Shown one piece after another: positions 28,610-38,200 of a DNA stretch of 44,135 nt. Under the pieces are notes generated by a model. The model saw nothing but the letters and a program-made list of their open reading frames with translations, had not been told where the DNA came from and did not search any database. Source of the stretch: Candidatus Micrarchaeota archaeon (lineage in GTDB: Archaea > Micrarchaeota > Micrarchaeia > Anstonellales > JAGGTN01); NCBI GenBank assembly GCA_021163645.1, contig JAGGTN010000029.1, forward strand, positions 1 through 44,135, given 5' to 3'. Made by a program: the position numbers and the translations under genes. Each line of letters begins with the position of its first letter. Position 1 is the first letter of the stretch.

Positions 28610-28912
28610 TTAGAATTTCCAACCTTTCTGAGCCATCCGCATAAAAGTTTCCTTTTCTTCATTGTTCATCTCAACAACCTCAACATCGACTCTATTTTCT
28701 ATTTCATTTTTAGCTATTGATTCTTTTATGATATTGATCAAATCTTCTCTAATTGGAATGTATAGATAAGGAACGGCTAATGTAATCTGTACATCAGAAT
28801 TATTCAATCTAATATCCCTTATCATACCTAACTCTAATAGATTATAATTTATTTCAGGATGATTTGCTTTTGATAACGCTTCTTTGATATCCTCTATGGT
28901 TAATTCTTTCAT
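28610..28912 (-). CDS. DUF59/SufT-like Fe-S assembly protein
   Basis: HPEINYNLLELGMIRDI motif; next to Mrp. Confidence 0.85.
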   Translation of the reverse strand: MKELTIEDIKEALSKANHPEINYNLLELGMIRDIRLNNSDVQITLAVPYLYIPIREDLINIIKESIAKNEIENRVDVEVVEMNNEEKETFMRMAQKGWKF

Positions 28913-28921
28913 TTATCCACC

Positions 28922-29656
28922 TCATGATTTTTTTGTATTTTTAGTAGATATTTTATTGAATATATTTTCTGCGATATGATTAAATTCATCAATTAATTCT
29001 TTATCATCGTAATCGTAGATTGACCTTCCTTCTTCACCAGATATCACAATATTCTTGTTCAATCTTATTGTTCCAAGAAACTTAAGGCCTTCATCCTTAC
29101 ATATCTTTTTGACTGTCCCCTCTCCAAACATCCCACCGGACATGTTTTCTATCAGACCGATGATTTTGATGTTCATCTTCTTACAGAAATCAACTGCTCT
29201 TCTCATGTCCAATAAAGATACTTGTTGTGGTGTTGATACAATGACCGCTCCTGTAATCTCTTTTAGCAGTTGAGCAACACTTATAAGTTCATCACCTGTC
29301 CCTGCTGGGAAATCCACGACCAAATAATCTAGATCGCCCCATTCTGTATCGTTGATCAACTGATTTAATGCTTTATGTTTTAAAGGGCCTCGCCATATGA
29401 TCGCAGAATGAGTGTCGATTAATCCACCAATAGAACTAACTTTAAGCGAAGGTGTTATTTGAATGGGAACTATTTTATTATCATGAACTTTCATTTTCTG
29501 CTTGTCAGATCCTATTATCTTTAGTACGTTAGGGCCATGAATATCTGCATCTAATAGCCCTACAGTACCTTTTTTTGATAAGAAATAAGATAGATTAACC
29601 GCAACAGTAGTCTTACCAACACCACCTTTCCCACTCATTACTAATATTATCTTCAT
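28922..29656 (-). CDS. mrp: Mrp/NBP35 (ApbC) family P-loop ATPase
   Basis: SGKGGVGKT, DADIHGP, IWRGP, WGDLDYLVVD.P.GTGD, TPQ, ENMS. Confidence 0.92.
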   Translation of the reverse strand: MKIILVMSGKGGVGKTTVAVNLSYFLSKKGTVGLLDADIHGPNVLKIIGSDKQKMKVHDNKIVPIQITPSLKVSSIGGLIDTHSAIIWRGPLKHKALNQLINDTEWGDLDYLVVDFPAGTGDELISVAQLLKEITGAVIVSTPQQVSLLDMRRAVDFCKKMNIKIIGLIENMSGGMFGEGTVKKICKDEGLKFLGTIRLNKNIVISGEEGRSIYDYDDKELIDEFNHIAENIFNKISTKNTKKS

Positions 29657-29691
29657 GTATCAACCACTTTCCTTATAAGATATGTAATCCT

Positions 29692-30915
29692 CTAATCTAA
29701 ATTGCCCCGCGATTTCTCAGCTTTTAATATTCTTTCCATAGCGATCATATACGCAGCCATTCTTAAAGAAACATTCCTTTCTTTATAAAGGTTATAGGTT
29801 TTATTAAATGATCGTTCCAATTTTTCTTTAAGTATATTCTCCATGTATTCTTTAGAGAAAATCTGGCCTGTCCTGTTCTGTACCCATTCACAATAACTAA
29901 CGATTACACCTCCTGAATTGGCTAAGATATCTGGGATAACTTTGATATTTTTGTTGTTCAATATTTCATCAGCTTCGTAAGTTATTGGGCCATTAGCCAA
30001 TTCAAGGATATATTTCGCCTTTATATTATCAGCGTTTTCTTTTGTTATCTGATTTTCAAGAGCTGCAAGAACTAAAACATCAGTATCCAATTCCAACAGT
30101 TCTTTATTGGTGACTCTCTTACCTTTACTATACTGTGTTACTGATTTCTTTTCCTCTTTTATTTTTATAACTTCTTTGATATCTAGACCATCTAGGTTCA
30201 TTATACCGCCTTTACTATCACTGACAGCGATTATCTTATATCCATCTTCGAACAACATTTTTGCAATATTCATTCCTGCATTACCGAAACCTTGGATAAC
30301 CACTCTCGTTCCCTCTCTTTTTTCATCTATCTTATCCAAGAAGAAGTTTAATATGATTTTTCCACCTTTTGAGGTAGCATATCCACGGATTTCACATCCT
30401 CCAAGTTCAACCGGTTTTCCAGTAATCATGCCTGGCTCGTGTCTTCCCTTTATCCTTTCATACTCATCTAGCATCCAAGCCATGACTTGTGGATTAGTAT
30501 ATACATCTGGTGCTGGGATGTCTTTATCCTGCCCGATATATCTATGAAATGCTCTTACATAAGCTCTACTGACTTCTTCAATTTCTTCTTTGCTTAAATC
30601 CTTCGGATTTACTTTTACTCCTCCTTTTGCTCCACCATAAGGTATGCCTGCAAGAGAATTTTTGAGGCTCATCCAGAAGGATAATGATTTGACTTCATCT
30701 TCAGATACATTAGGATGAAAACGTATCCCTCCTTTACCTGGACCTAGAGCATCGTTATGAATGATCCTCCATGCATCATAACCTTTTCCATTAACATTTA
30801 GTCTCGCTTTATGGATTATTTTATGATTCAATAGTAATTCTTTCTCTCCATCACTTAGATTCATATATTTAGATGCTTTTTCCAGATTCTGTTTTGCATT
30901 TTCAAATACTGACAT
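29692..30915 (-). CDS. gdhA: Glu/Leu/Phe/Val dehydrogenase (glutamate dehydrogenase)
   Basis: GPGKGGIRFHP, GGAKGG, DIPAPDV, TGKP, QGFGNAG, ANGP. Confidence 0.93.
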   Translation of the reverse strand: MSVFENAKQNLEKASKYMNLSDGEKELLLNHKIIHKARLNVNGKGYDAWRIIHNDALGPGKGGIRFHPNVSEDEVKSLSFWMSLKNSLAGIPYGGAKGGVKVNPKDLSKEEIEEVSRAYVRAFHRYIGQDKDIPAPDVYTNPQVMAWMLDEYERIKGRHEPGMITGKPVELGGCEIRGYATSKGGKIILNFFLDKIDEKREGTRVVIQGFGNAGMNIAKMLFEDGYKIIAVSDSKGGIMNLDGLDIKEVIKIKEEKKSVTQYSKGKRVTNKELLELDTDVLVLAALENQITKENADNIKAKYILELANGPITYEADEILNNKNIKVIPDILANSGGVIVSYCEWVQNRTGQIFSKEYMENILKEKLERSFNKTYNLYKERNVSLRMAAYMIAMERILKAEKSRGNLD

Positions 30916-30941
30916 CTTATCACCTCCTTTTTTTTAATTAA

Positions 30942-30998
30942 GTATAAATCCTATATATCCAGACAGTAAAATGCTCATAAAAATTCGCATTTTCCTGT
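30942..30998 (+). repeat. Dispersed repeat family B, copy 2 (upstream of gdhA)
   Basis: 43-bp identity to 20551-20593; forms GACAG-t-AAAATGC...GCATTTT-c-CTGTC hairpin. Confidence 0.95.
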
Positions 30999-31038
30999 CA
31001 TTTACGATTTCTCCTCTAACAACCATTAAATATTTAAA

Positions 31039-31965
31039 TCATGGATTATCTGATTTTATTTCATGATATGCAGATGCTGCTGCGATTGCTCCTTCCGCTG
31101 CTGCGGTTATTGCCTGTTTCAATGGATTATTTGTAATATCTCCTGCAGCAAAAACACCTCGTACTGATGTTTTCTGTGACTTATCAACCACTATATAATC
31201 ATTATCTAGATTTATGTTGATCTGGTTAGCGAGTTTATTATCCGGTACTGATCCAATCTCAATAAAAACCCCATCAACTTTAATCGTTCTACCTGTATCC
31301 AGGACGATTTCTTCTACACTATTCTTGCCTTTAATCTCAGTGATGTTTGAGCTGAAAACTCTCTCTATTTTATCATTACTTTCAACCTGCTTAACCCATG
31401 CCGGTTCTGCTTTGGAGAATTTAATACCTCTGTATATTATATATACCTTTTTGGCATATTCTGATAATAATAATGCAGCTGTTAATGCGGAGTTGCTCCC
31501 CCCTACTACTGCAACGATACTATCCTTAAAGAACGAAGCATCGCATGTTGCGCAGTAACTAACCCCTTTACCTACCAGTTCCTTTTCACCTGGCACGTTA
31601 AGTTTTTTCTTCTTTCTTCCTATAGCTAATATGATTTTCTTTGCCTTATAAATATCGTTATTTGTTATTACTGAAAAATTATTGTCTGTACCTTTTATCT
31701 CTTCAACAGTTTCGTGTGTAATATCAACTCCCAGATTTCTTACCTGTTCAATTAATCGTTTTGCTAATTCTATACCAGTAATTGATTTATACGTAGGGAA
31801 ATTGTGAATTTCATGTGCTTCTGAAATCATTCCGCCATCAAGTTCGCCTATTACCAATGTTTTTAAGAGGTATCTGCCTGCATATACTGCTGCTGTTAAC
31901 CCTGCTGGACCTGCCCCAACTATAATTAAATCATAATTTTTCTCCCCTATCTTTTCTTTGTTCAT
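31039..31965 (-). CDS. trxB: Thioredoxin-disulfide reductase
   Basis: GAGPAG, GVSYCATCD, GGSNSA, FAAGD. Confidence 0.93.
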   Translation of the reverse strand: MNKEKIGEKNYDLIIVGAGPAGLTAAVYAGRYLLKTLVIGELDGGMISEAHEIHNFPTYKSITGIELAKRLIEQVRNLGVDITHETVEEIKGTDNNFSVITNNDIYKAKKIILAIGRKKKKLNVPGEKELVGKGVSYCATCDASFFKDSIVAVVGGSNSALTAALLLSEYAKKVYIIYRGIKFSKAEPAWVKQVESNDKIERVFSSNITEIKGKNSVEEIVLDTGRTIKVDGVFIEIGSVPDNKLANQININLDNDYIVVDKSQKTSVRGVFAAGDITNNPLKQAITAAAEGAIAAASAYHEIKSDNP

Positions 31966-31989
31966 GTCATCACCCTTTATATTTGAATA

Positions 31990-32403
31990 TTAATCAATAT
32001 TTTTCGTGATCCATGCCCTGACCTGTGGTTCAGGAATAGCTCCTATGAAAGCATCAGCAAGTTTTCCATCTTTGAACAGCTTAACGCTCGGTATGCTTCT
32101 GATTTGATACTTTTGACTCACAAAAGGATTTTCATCAACATTTAATTTTGCCAATATGAATTTACCTTTATACTCTTCAGCAAGTTTCTCCAATATTGGT
32201 CCCAGCATAAGACATGGAGTGCACCAAGGTGCCCATAGGTCTACAACAACTGGAACCTGTTTTGATTTTTCTATTACTTCTTTTTCAAAATTACTATCAT
32301 TTACATCGATTTTCGTTTCCATTTTATCACCTTCTTTTGTTTTTCTAATCCTATTGAGAAATTCCTTTCTCTTTTTCTCTCTTATTTTTTCAAGCTCATC
32401 CAT
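31990..32403 (-). CDS. trxA: Thioredoxin
   Basis: DLWAPWCTPC, KLNVDEN, IRSIP; archaeal-type MDELEKIR N-terminal extension. Confidence 0.93.
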   Translation of the reverse strand: MDELEKIREKKRKEFLNRIRKTKEGDKMETKIDVNDSNFEKEVIEKSKQVPVVVDLWAPWCTPCLMLGPILEKLAEEYKGKFILAKLNVDENPFVSQKYQIRSIPSVKLFKDGKLADAFIGAIPEPQVRAWITKNID

Positions 32404-32566
32404 ATAACCGCCTATTATATTAGTTATCTAATCAGATATCAAAGCCATCAAAACACAAAGAGATGGTTATTTATTGGTAGTGATTATTTTAATCACAAAC
32501 ATTTAAATAGTTAATTAAGGAGTGAATAAATCCGCATGTAAAAATCACATTTAGCATAAATATTTT

Positions 32567-34342
32567 TCAAGCTGTCCTCTTAAACTTCTTTTCCATCTCG
32601 CCCCAACCTATTCTTATTATAGTTGGTCTTCCATGCGGACATGTAAATGGGTTATCACATTTTGAAAGGTCATTTAACAAATCTCTCATTTCAGTTATGG
32701 TCATTTCATGACCTGCCTTGATAGAAGCTCTACAAGATTTGGTGGCTATGCGATTATCCAATATCTCTTCAATTAATTTGATACTATTATCCCTTTTCTC
32801 ATCATAAAAAGAGATGATTTCATCAAGAACATCTTTAAAGAGCTTGATAGGAAGAGCATTATTGAATATGACGGGTATTGTATTGATTCTGTATGCATTA
32901 GGACCGTATTCTTCAATATCATACCCATACCGTTTCAATAATCTGATATGTTTTATTATTGCTAGTTGTTCTGTTTTGTTTGCCTCGAATATGACTGGTG
33001 ATAATAATTTTTGAGTTGATAAGGCATTATTCTTCAACTGTTTCATGAACCTCTCGTAATTAACCCTTTCCTGACTGGCATGCTGGTCTATGATGAAAAG
33101 TCCGTCAATATTCTCAGCTAGGATGTATGTTTTATTAACCTGTCCGATTATTTTTAACTCTGGGATTTGATGTTTGATATGGCTAAAAGGACCAGGTGAA
33201 TGAGAATGATTAGAATAAGATGGTTTTATCATCTGTTTTTCCGAATGAGTAATTGGAGTCAATGGTAATATTTTCTGGTTTGTTTTATCTGGCTTGTATG
33301 CTTTTTGCGGTTTTGATAGACTGTCTTCAGCATCGACGGTCACTGTCAGGTCATTCTTGCTCAATGAACTGTTTACTGATTGTTCTATCATACCTATTAG
33401 TTCGTTTTCATTCTTGAATTTAATCTTTCTCTTGGATGGATGGATGTTTACATCAATATCCTCTGGTGGTAAGTATAGTTTTAATATGATCACTGGATGC
33501 CTATTGAGGAATAATTTATTCTTATACCCTTTATAGACAGCATCGATAACTTCTTTTGATATTACGTATCTATCATTAACGAAAATAACTTGATAATTTT
33601 TTGTTTTCTTTGTATAACCAATTTTGGATATATATCCATTAATTTTCACATTACCAAAATGTGCATCAATAGGAATAAGATTCTCTGTAATCTCCCTACC
33701 AAATACATAGTATATCTTATCAAGTAAGTTGTTTGATTTAGGTGAATTAAAAACCTCTTTTCCATCTCTGTATAGATGAAATGATATGTTAGGGTTTGCC
33801 AATGAATAATTCCTTATCAAATGGATGATATGAGAAAATTCAACTTCCTCAGATTTCATAAATTTCAATCTAGCCGGGAACCTGGAGAATATATTCCTGA
33901 CAGTGATAACTGTTCCATCATTTATAGATACATTAACATCATTTTTGGGATTACCATTTTCATCATACTCCACTCTAACTCCAGTACTATTCCCAGATGT
34001 TTTTGATGCAACCGTAATATCTGCAATAGCCGATATACTAGCCAATGCCTCACCTCTAAATCCTAGTGATGTTATGTTAAAAAGGTCATCAATTGATTTT
34101 ATCTTGCTTGTTGAGTGTCGTTTCACGCATACCATTAAGTCATCATGGTTCATTCCTTTACCATTATCGATAACTTTTATCAATCGTTTACCACCATGCT
34201 CAACAAAAACCTTAATATCATCGGCGTTTGCATCAATTGAATTTTCAATGAGTTCTTTGACCACAGAAACTGGTCGTTCTATTACTTCTCCAGCAGCTAT
34301 CTTTTCAACCAGTTCTTTTGGAAGATGAATGATATTTCCCAA
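32567..34342 (-). CDS. mutL: DNA mismatch repair endonuclease MutL
   Basis: IAAGEVIERP, GFRGEAL, DVNIHPSK, DQHASQER, SCR, CPHGRP. Confidence 0.97.
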   Translation of the reverse strand: MGNIIHLPKELVEKIAAGEVIERPVSVVKELIENSIDANADDIKVFVEHGGKRLIKVIDNGKGMNHDDLMVCVKRHSTSKIKSIDDLFNITSLGFRGEALASISAIADITVASKTSGNSTGVRVEYDENGNPKNDVNVSINDGTVITVRNIFSRFPARLKFMKSEEVEFSHIIHLIRNYSLANPNISFHLYRDGKEVFNSPKSNNLLDKIYYVFGREITENLIPIDAHFGNVKINGYISKIGYTKKTKNYQVIFVNDRYVISKEVIDAVYKGYKNKLFLNRHPVIILKLYLPPEDIDVNIHPSKRKIKFKNENELIGMIEQSVNSSLSKNDLTVTVDAEDSLSKPQKAYKPDKTNQKILPLTPITHSEKQMIKPSYSNHSHSPGPFSHIKHQIPELKIIGQVNKTYILAENIDGLFIIDQHASQERVNYERFMKQLKNNALSTQKLLSPVIFEANKTEQLAIIKHIRLLKRYGYDIEEYGPNAYRINTIPVIFNNALPIKLFKDVLDEIISFYDEKRDNSIKLIEEILDNRIATKSCRASIKAGHEMTITEMRDLLNDLSKCDNPFTCPHGRPTIIRIGWGEMEKKFKRTA

Positions 34343-34388
34343 ATAATCACCCTTAACTTATATCTATTTCTCTCAATTACTCGATTTA

Positions 34389-35036
34389 TTACTTTCCAGT
34401 TAATGATTCTACTAAACCATCTACGAGTTTGAGCTGGTTCTGCATTAATTTCTCTTCGAGAATATCGCAATTGACTCCTATACTTTCTAATTTTTCTTTC
34501 ATTCTTTTTCTTATCCCACACATAAGCAATACACTCTTCATACCGGATGTGGAACCGATGAATAATAGATAGAATTTAGATAATTGATTGTAATCAAGTT
34601 CCCCTAAATCACGAATGATGGATTGGGTTGATTGTAGAAGTTTATCAGGTATATAATTATCCGATGGATTGTTTGGTAATCTATGTATTAGATATTCCAT
34701 TTCTTTCTGGGTGGCTAGTTTTAGTTTAAGCATTAATCCTGCGAAATACTTAATATGATTATCTTTTATGAAGTTTAGGTTTATTTCTTTACATTGTTTC
34801 ATAATATTGTTTGCATCTTGTTCTATTCGGTTTAATTCACTGTTTGATAAATGAGCATTGTATGATGATATGCTTGATTCATCAGAGAATATGAACACAG
34901 AATTCAAATCAATGTTAGTATCCATCGATTCGCTACGAATAAATACATCAATCTTTTCGATCAACGGAGAAATGTTTGTGAAAGATACCAATTCTGTTAC
35001 AGTTTTATGCAATTGTTCTTTTTTTTGTAATACCAT
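34389..35036 (-). CDS. Hypothetical helical protein
   Basis: Long ORF; ATG 35036 after GAGGTGA (track start 35054). Confidence 0.7.
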   Translation of the reverse strand: MVLQKKEQLHKTVTELVSFTNISPLIEKIDVFIRSESMDTNIDLNSVFIFSDESSISSYNAHLSNSELNRIEQDANNIMKQCKEINLNFIKDNHIKYFAGLMLKLKLATQKEMEYLIHRLPNNPSDNYIPDKLLQSTQSIIRDLGELDYNQLSKFYLLFIGSTSGMKSVLLMCGIRKRMKEKLESIGVNCDILEEKLMQNQLKLVDGLVESLTGK

Positions 35037-35072
35037 AATTATCACCTCAACCATCTAGTTATTATCCAACTA

Positions 35073-35200
35073 TAACCAAATCCATTTATAATATAATCCA
35101 TCCCAGCCAAACCAACCCCAAACCAAATAATCCCAACCAACCAAAAAACAGCCCCAAGCCAATCAAGTCCAAGCCAATCCAAGACAAACAAATCAAACCC
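35073..35200 (-). repeat. Strand-biased G/T-rich degenerate pentamer tract (C/A-rich on +)
   Basis: CCAAA/CCAAC/CCAAG/CCAAT runs; same composition as 12788-12945 when read on the coding strand. Confidence 0.8.
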
Positions 35201-35225
35201 TATTTGATTATTCTAATTATCTTTA

Positions 35226-38200
35226 TTATTTAAATGATTGTTTTCCTTCATTATATAATCTCTCCATTTCTTCTGAGCCAAGCATTGATGATATGTCCTT
35301 AAATAATTTTTTTTCATTACTCCTTTTTGCTTTGCCCGTGAATAAATCATTTAAATTTTTAGGTTCGCCCTTCTTTTCGATATCAATACGGTTTATTCCT
35401 ATCTTATAGTATTCTTTATTATATTTAAAGAATATTCCGTTTTTGGATACGCATGCAAAACCCTTACTTGAATTTATGTTGCCGAATATTTTTGTATTAG
35501 GGTCATTAATGATGGTTTCAAATGTTTTATCATTAATATGCTCTGCATATATCCGGAAGTTCCTAAGATGATCGTCATCTATACTTAACTGTTTCTGTGC
35601 TTCTGTATTATAACCTGATTTGTATATTATTGCGCGTAATATATTCTTTTCCAGTATTGAATAGTTTCCTGATAATTTAAGTTGTATAGATTCGTCAACG
35701 CCGTTTATTACTGGAATACTATGTACTAAGCCATCTATTAAATCGACCCCCGGCGCTTCCTTAATAATATCATACCTATAAATATTACCTTCCTTTGTCA
35801 ATATACTAATAGTTATCGAGAATATAGCATCGGAATTGGCACCAGATTCTTCCAATTGTTGGTATTTCTTAGATGGATCATGGAATATCTCAGGATAATC
35901 ACTTAATGATTTTCGTAAATAGAAAGCACTTTTATTCCCATCAGTATCTATTATTGTTATCTTATAAACATTGGTCTTAGTGTCCAATTTTGACATTTCA
36001 CCAGATTCGCTTACTTTACTTATTGAGATTTTAGATAGTTTTTTGAAATTTACTGGTAATTTAAACTTATCAATGACAGATGATATTAGAGTGTTAAAAT
36101 TGTTACCCATTTCTGATGGTATGGCAATATCACTAGGGAGGTATGCTGATTCAATCGTTGATACAAAATATGATTCATTAAAAGGTATTAATGTTATCTT
36201 ATCATAATCATTAAAATCAAATCCGTAAGTTATTTCGATTTTTTTACTTTGCAATATCGTATCAATACGGTTAGATATTACTGGGTCCTCTAATAGATTG
36301 TTCATTTTGAGTTTGTAATTGTCAATATCTATCACTCCATCTGTCTTGGAATACCAATATTTACCATTATACGTAATATCTTTTGGTAGCCCCAACAAGT
36401 TTAATGTTTCGATTAGTTCTCTGGGACGTTCTTCTGGTGGGATATGCTTACATGAGAATAGAATTCGTTGAATCATTTTGTTTTTATGGATCAGGTCAGA
36501 GCTTAATTTTCTGTATTGTGGAGACCAATCAATAACTGATACACTGCTTCCCATATTATAATAATTTGTCAAGACAGTAAGTCCATCAGAGATATTCTGT
36601 TTGAGAGATCTATCACTATCCAATCCTGACTTAACAATCATCTTTATGTCACCGGTTATACCATTAACCAATGAATTATTAAGAGCGTTATTGATGCGTA
36701 TGTTAAATTCTCTAACATTTGCGTTAGCGGGTAACAATACGATGAAGTTCTTTTTCTTCGTGCGATATACACCTGCGAATTCGCCAAGTTCATCTTTTGG
36801 CGTTCCCTTTTCTATATTCCTGAATTCATTAAATAATATCCTACCAATATTTCCTATGAACACATCTGTTTGTGCCATGCTGGTGTTATCGTTCATTATC
36901 TTAACAGTACGCCTGCCAGTGAATGGCCCGCCGTTAAGTTGATAATCTACGATTAACATTTTGTATTTGCCTGAATTTATCTCTTGTGTAATCTCATCAC
37001 TGTTCTGGATAAGCCAATCTTCTGATAACACACCTTCGATATCTGCGTTTGATTGTTTGATCCCTGATGATGTTGATGTTTTTTTCATTATTTTTGAATT
37101 TACATCTTCATAGATTTCACTCTTCAATATGTTGCCATTTACTGATGACAGCGTGGTACCATTTGATAGGTCAGTGCTTCGCCTAGCCATTGTTTGCGCC
37201 ATGACATTCCCCTCAATGCGTGAGTATGTTAATTCCAATATCGATAATTCTCTCTTATCTAAGTTAGCTTCAACAATACGGTTCTTTTTAGTCGCTGAAA
37301 CAATATCTTGCGCGCGGTTTCTATCCATTCCATTATTAACCAGTTCAGTAACAAGTAGTTTATCACCATTTTCCACCATACGTATATCTTTATCATATAA
37401 TTTTTCAAACCTGAGTAGTATTTCGGTGTTCCTTTCCATTGTTTCTCCAATATCATTATCTATCTTCATGTTTTCATATACGCTAAATGTAAGTACGCCC
37501 GATCTTTTTTCCGGTGATGGGTAATCTAATTTATTGAATAAGAGACCTTCTCCTTCTATGCTTTTTATATACTCCTTTACTTTCTCATTAGCCGTAACAA
37601 TAGCTTTTTCATATAGTTTAGGATCATATTTACCAAAAACCATGACAAGGAATTCTTCTGTTCCGCCTTCAACTACAACATTACGTCCTAGTTTTTCTTT
37701 TAGAGTATTGTTGTATATCTCCATAACATTGTCCATGACATCTGGTGTGTAGAAATCATTAAGTTTGCCGAAATTAACTCCATCCGTTAATATCACACTC
37801 GCATCAAAATGGTCAAGTTTGATTCCAAACTGTTCCCATTTCATATTGAATTCATGCATGTTGTCTATAAGATCATTAAGCTTCTGGGCAATTGATACCC
37901 TACCAGTTGTTTTGTCATCAAAGTGTATGTATCCTGGCGTCGTGATTGCTTTGAAATAATCATCTATTAATTCGTTCCAATACGCTGGAGGTATGTGATT
38001 TTCCGTAATCATTTCGCCTATGTTATCAATGGCTTGTTTAGGTGGTATTATTATTGCATGCTCAGGTTGATTTTTAAACCATTGTTTTGCTTGGTTAGTA
38101 ATATTGATATTCACATTCGGTTGTGTGCTAAGTAATGGTTTTGTGTCCTTACCCATGGCTTCGCCTATAGTTTTCCCTGCGGGTAATGATTGTTTTAAAT

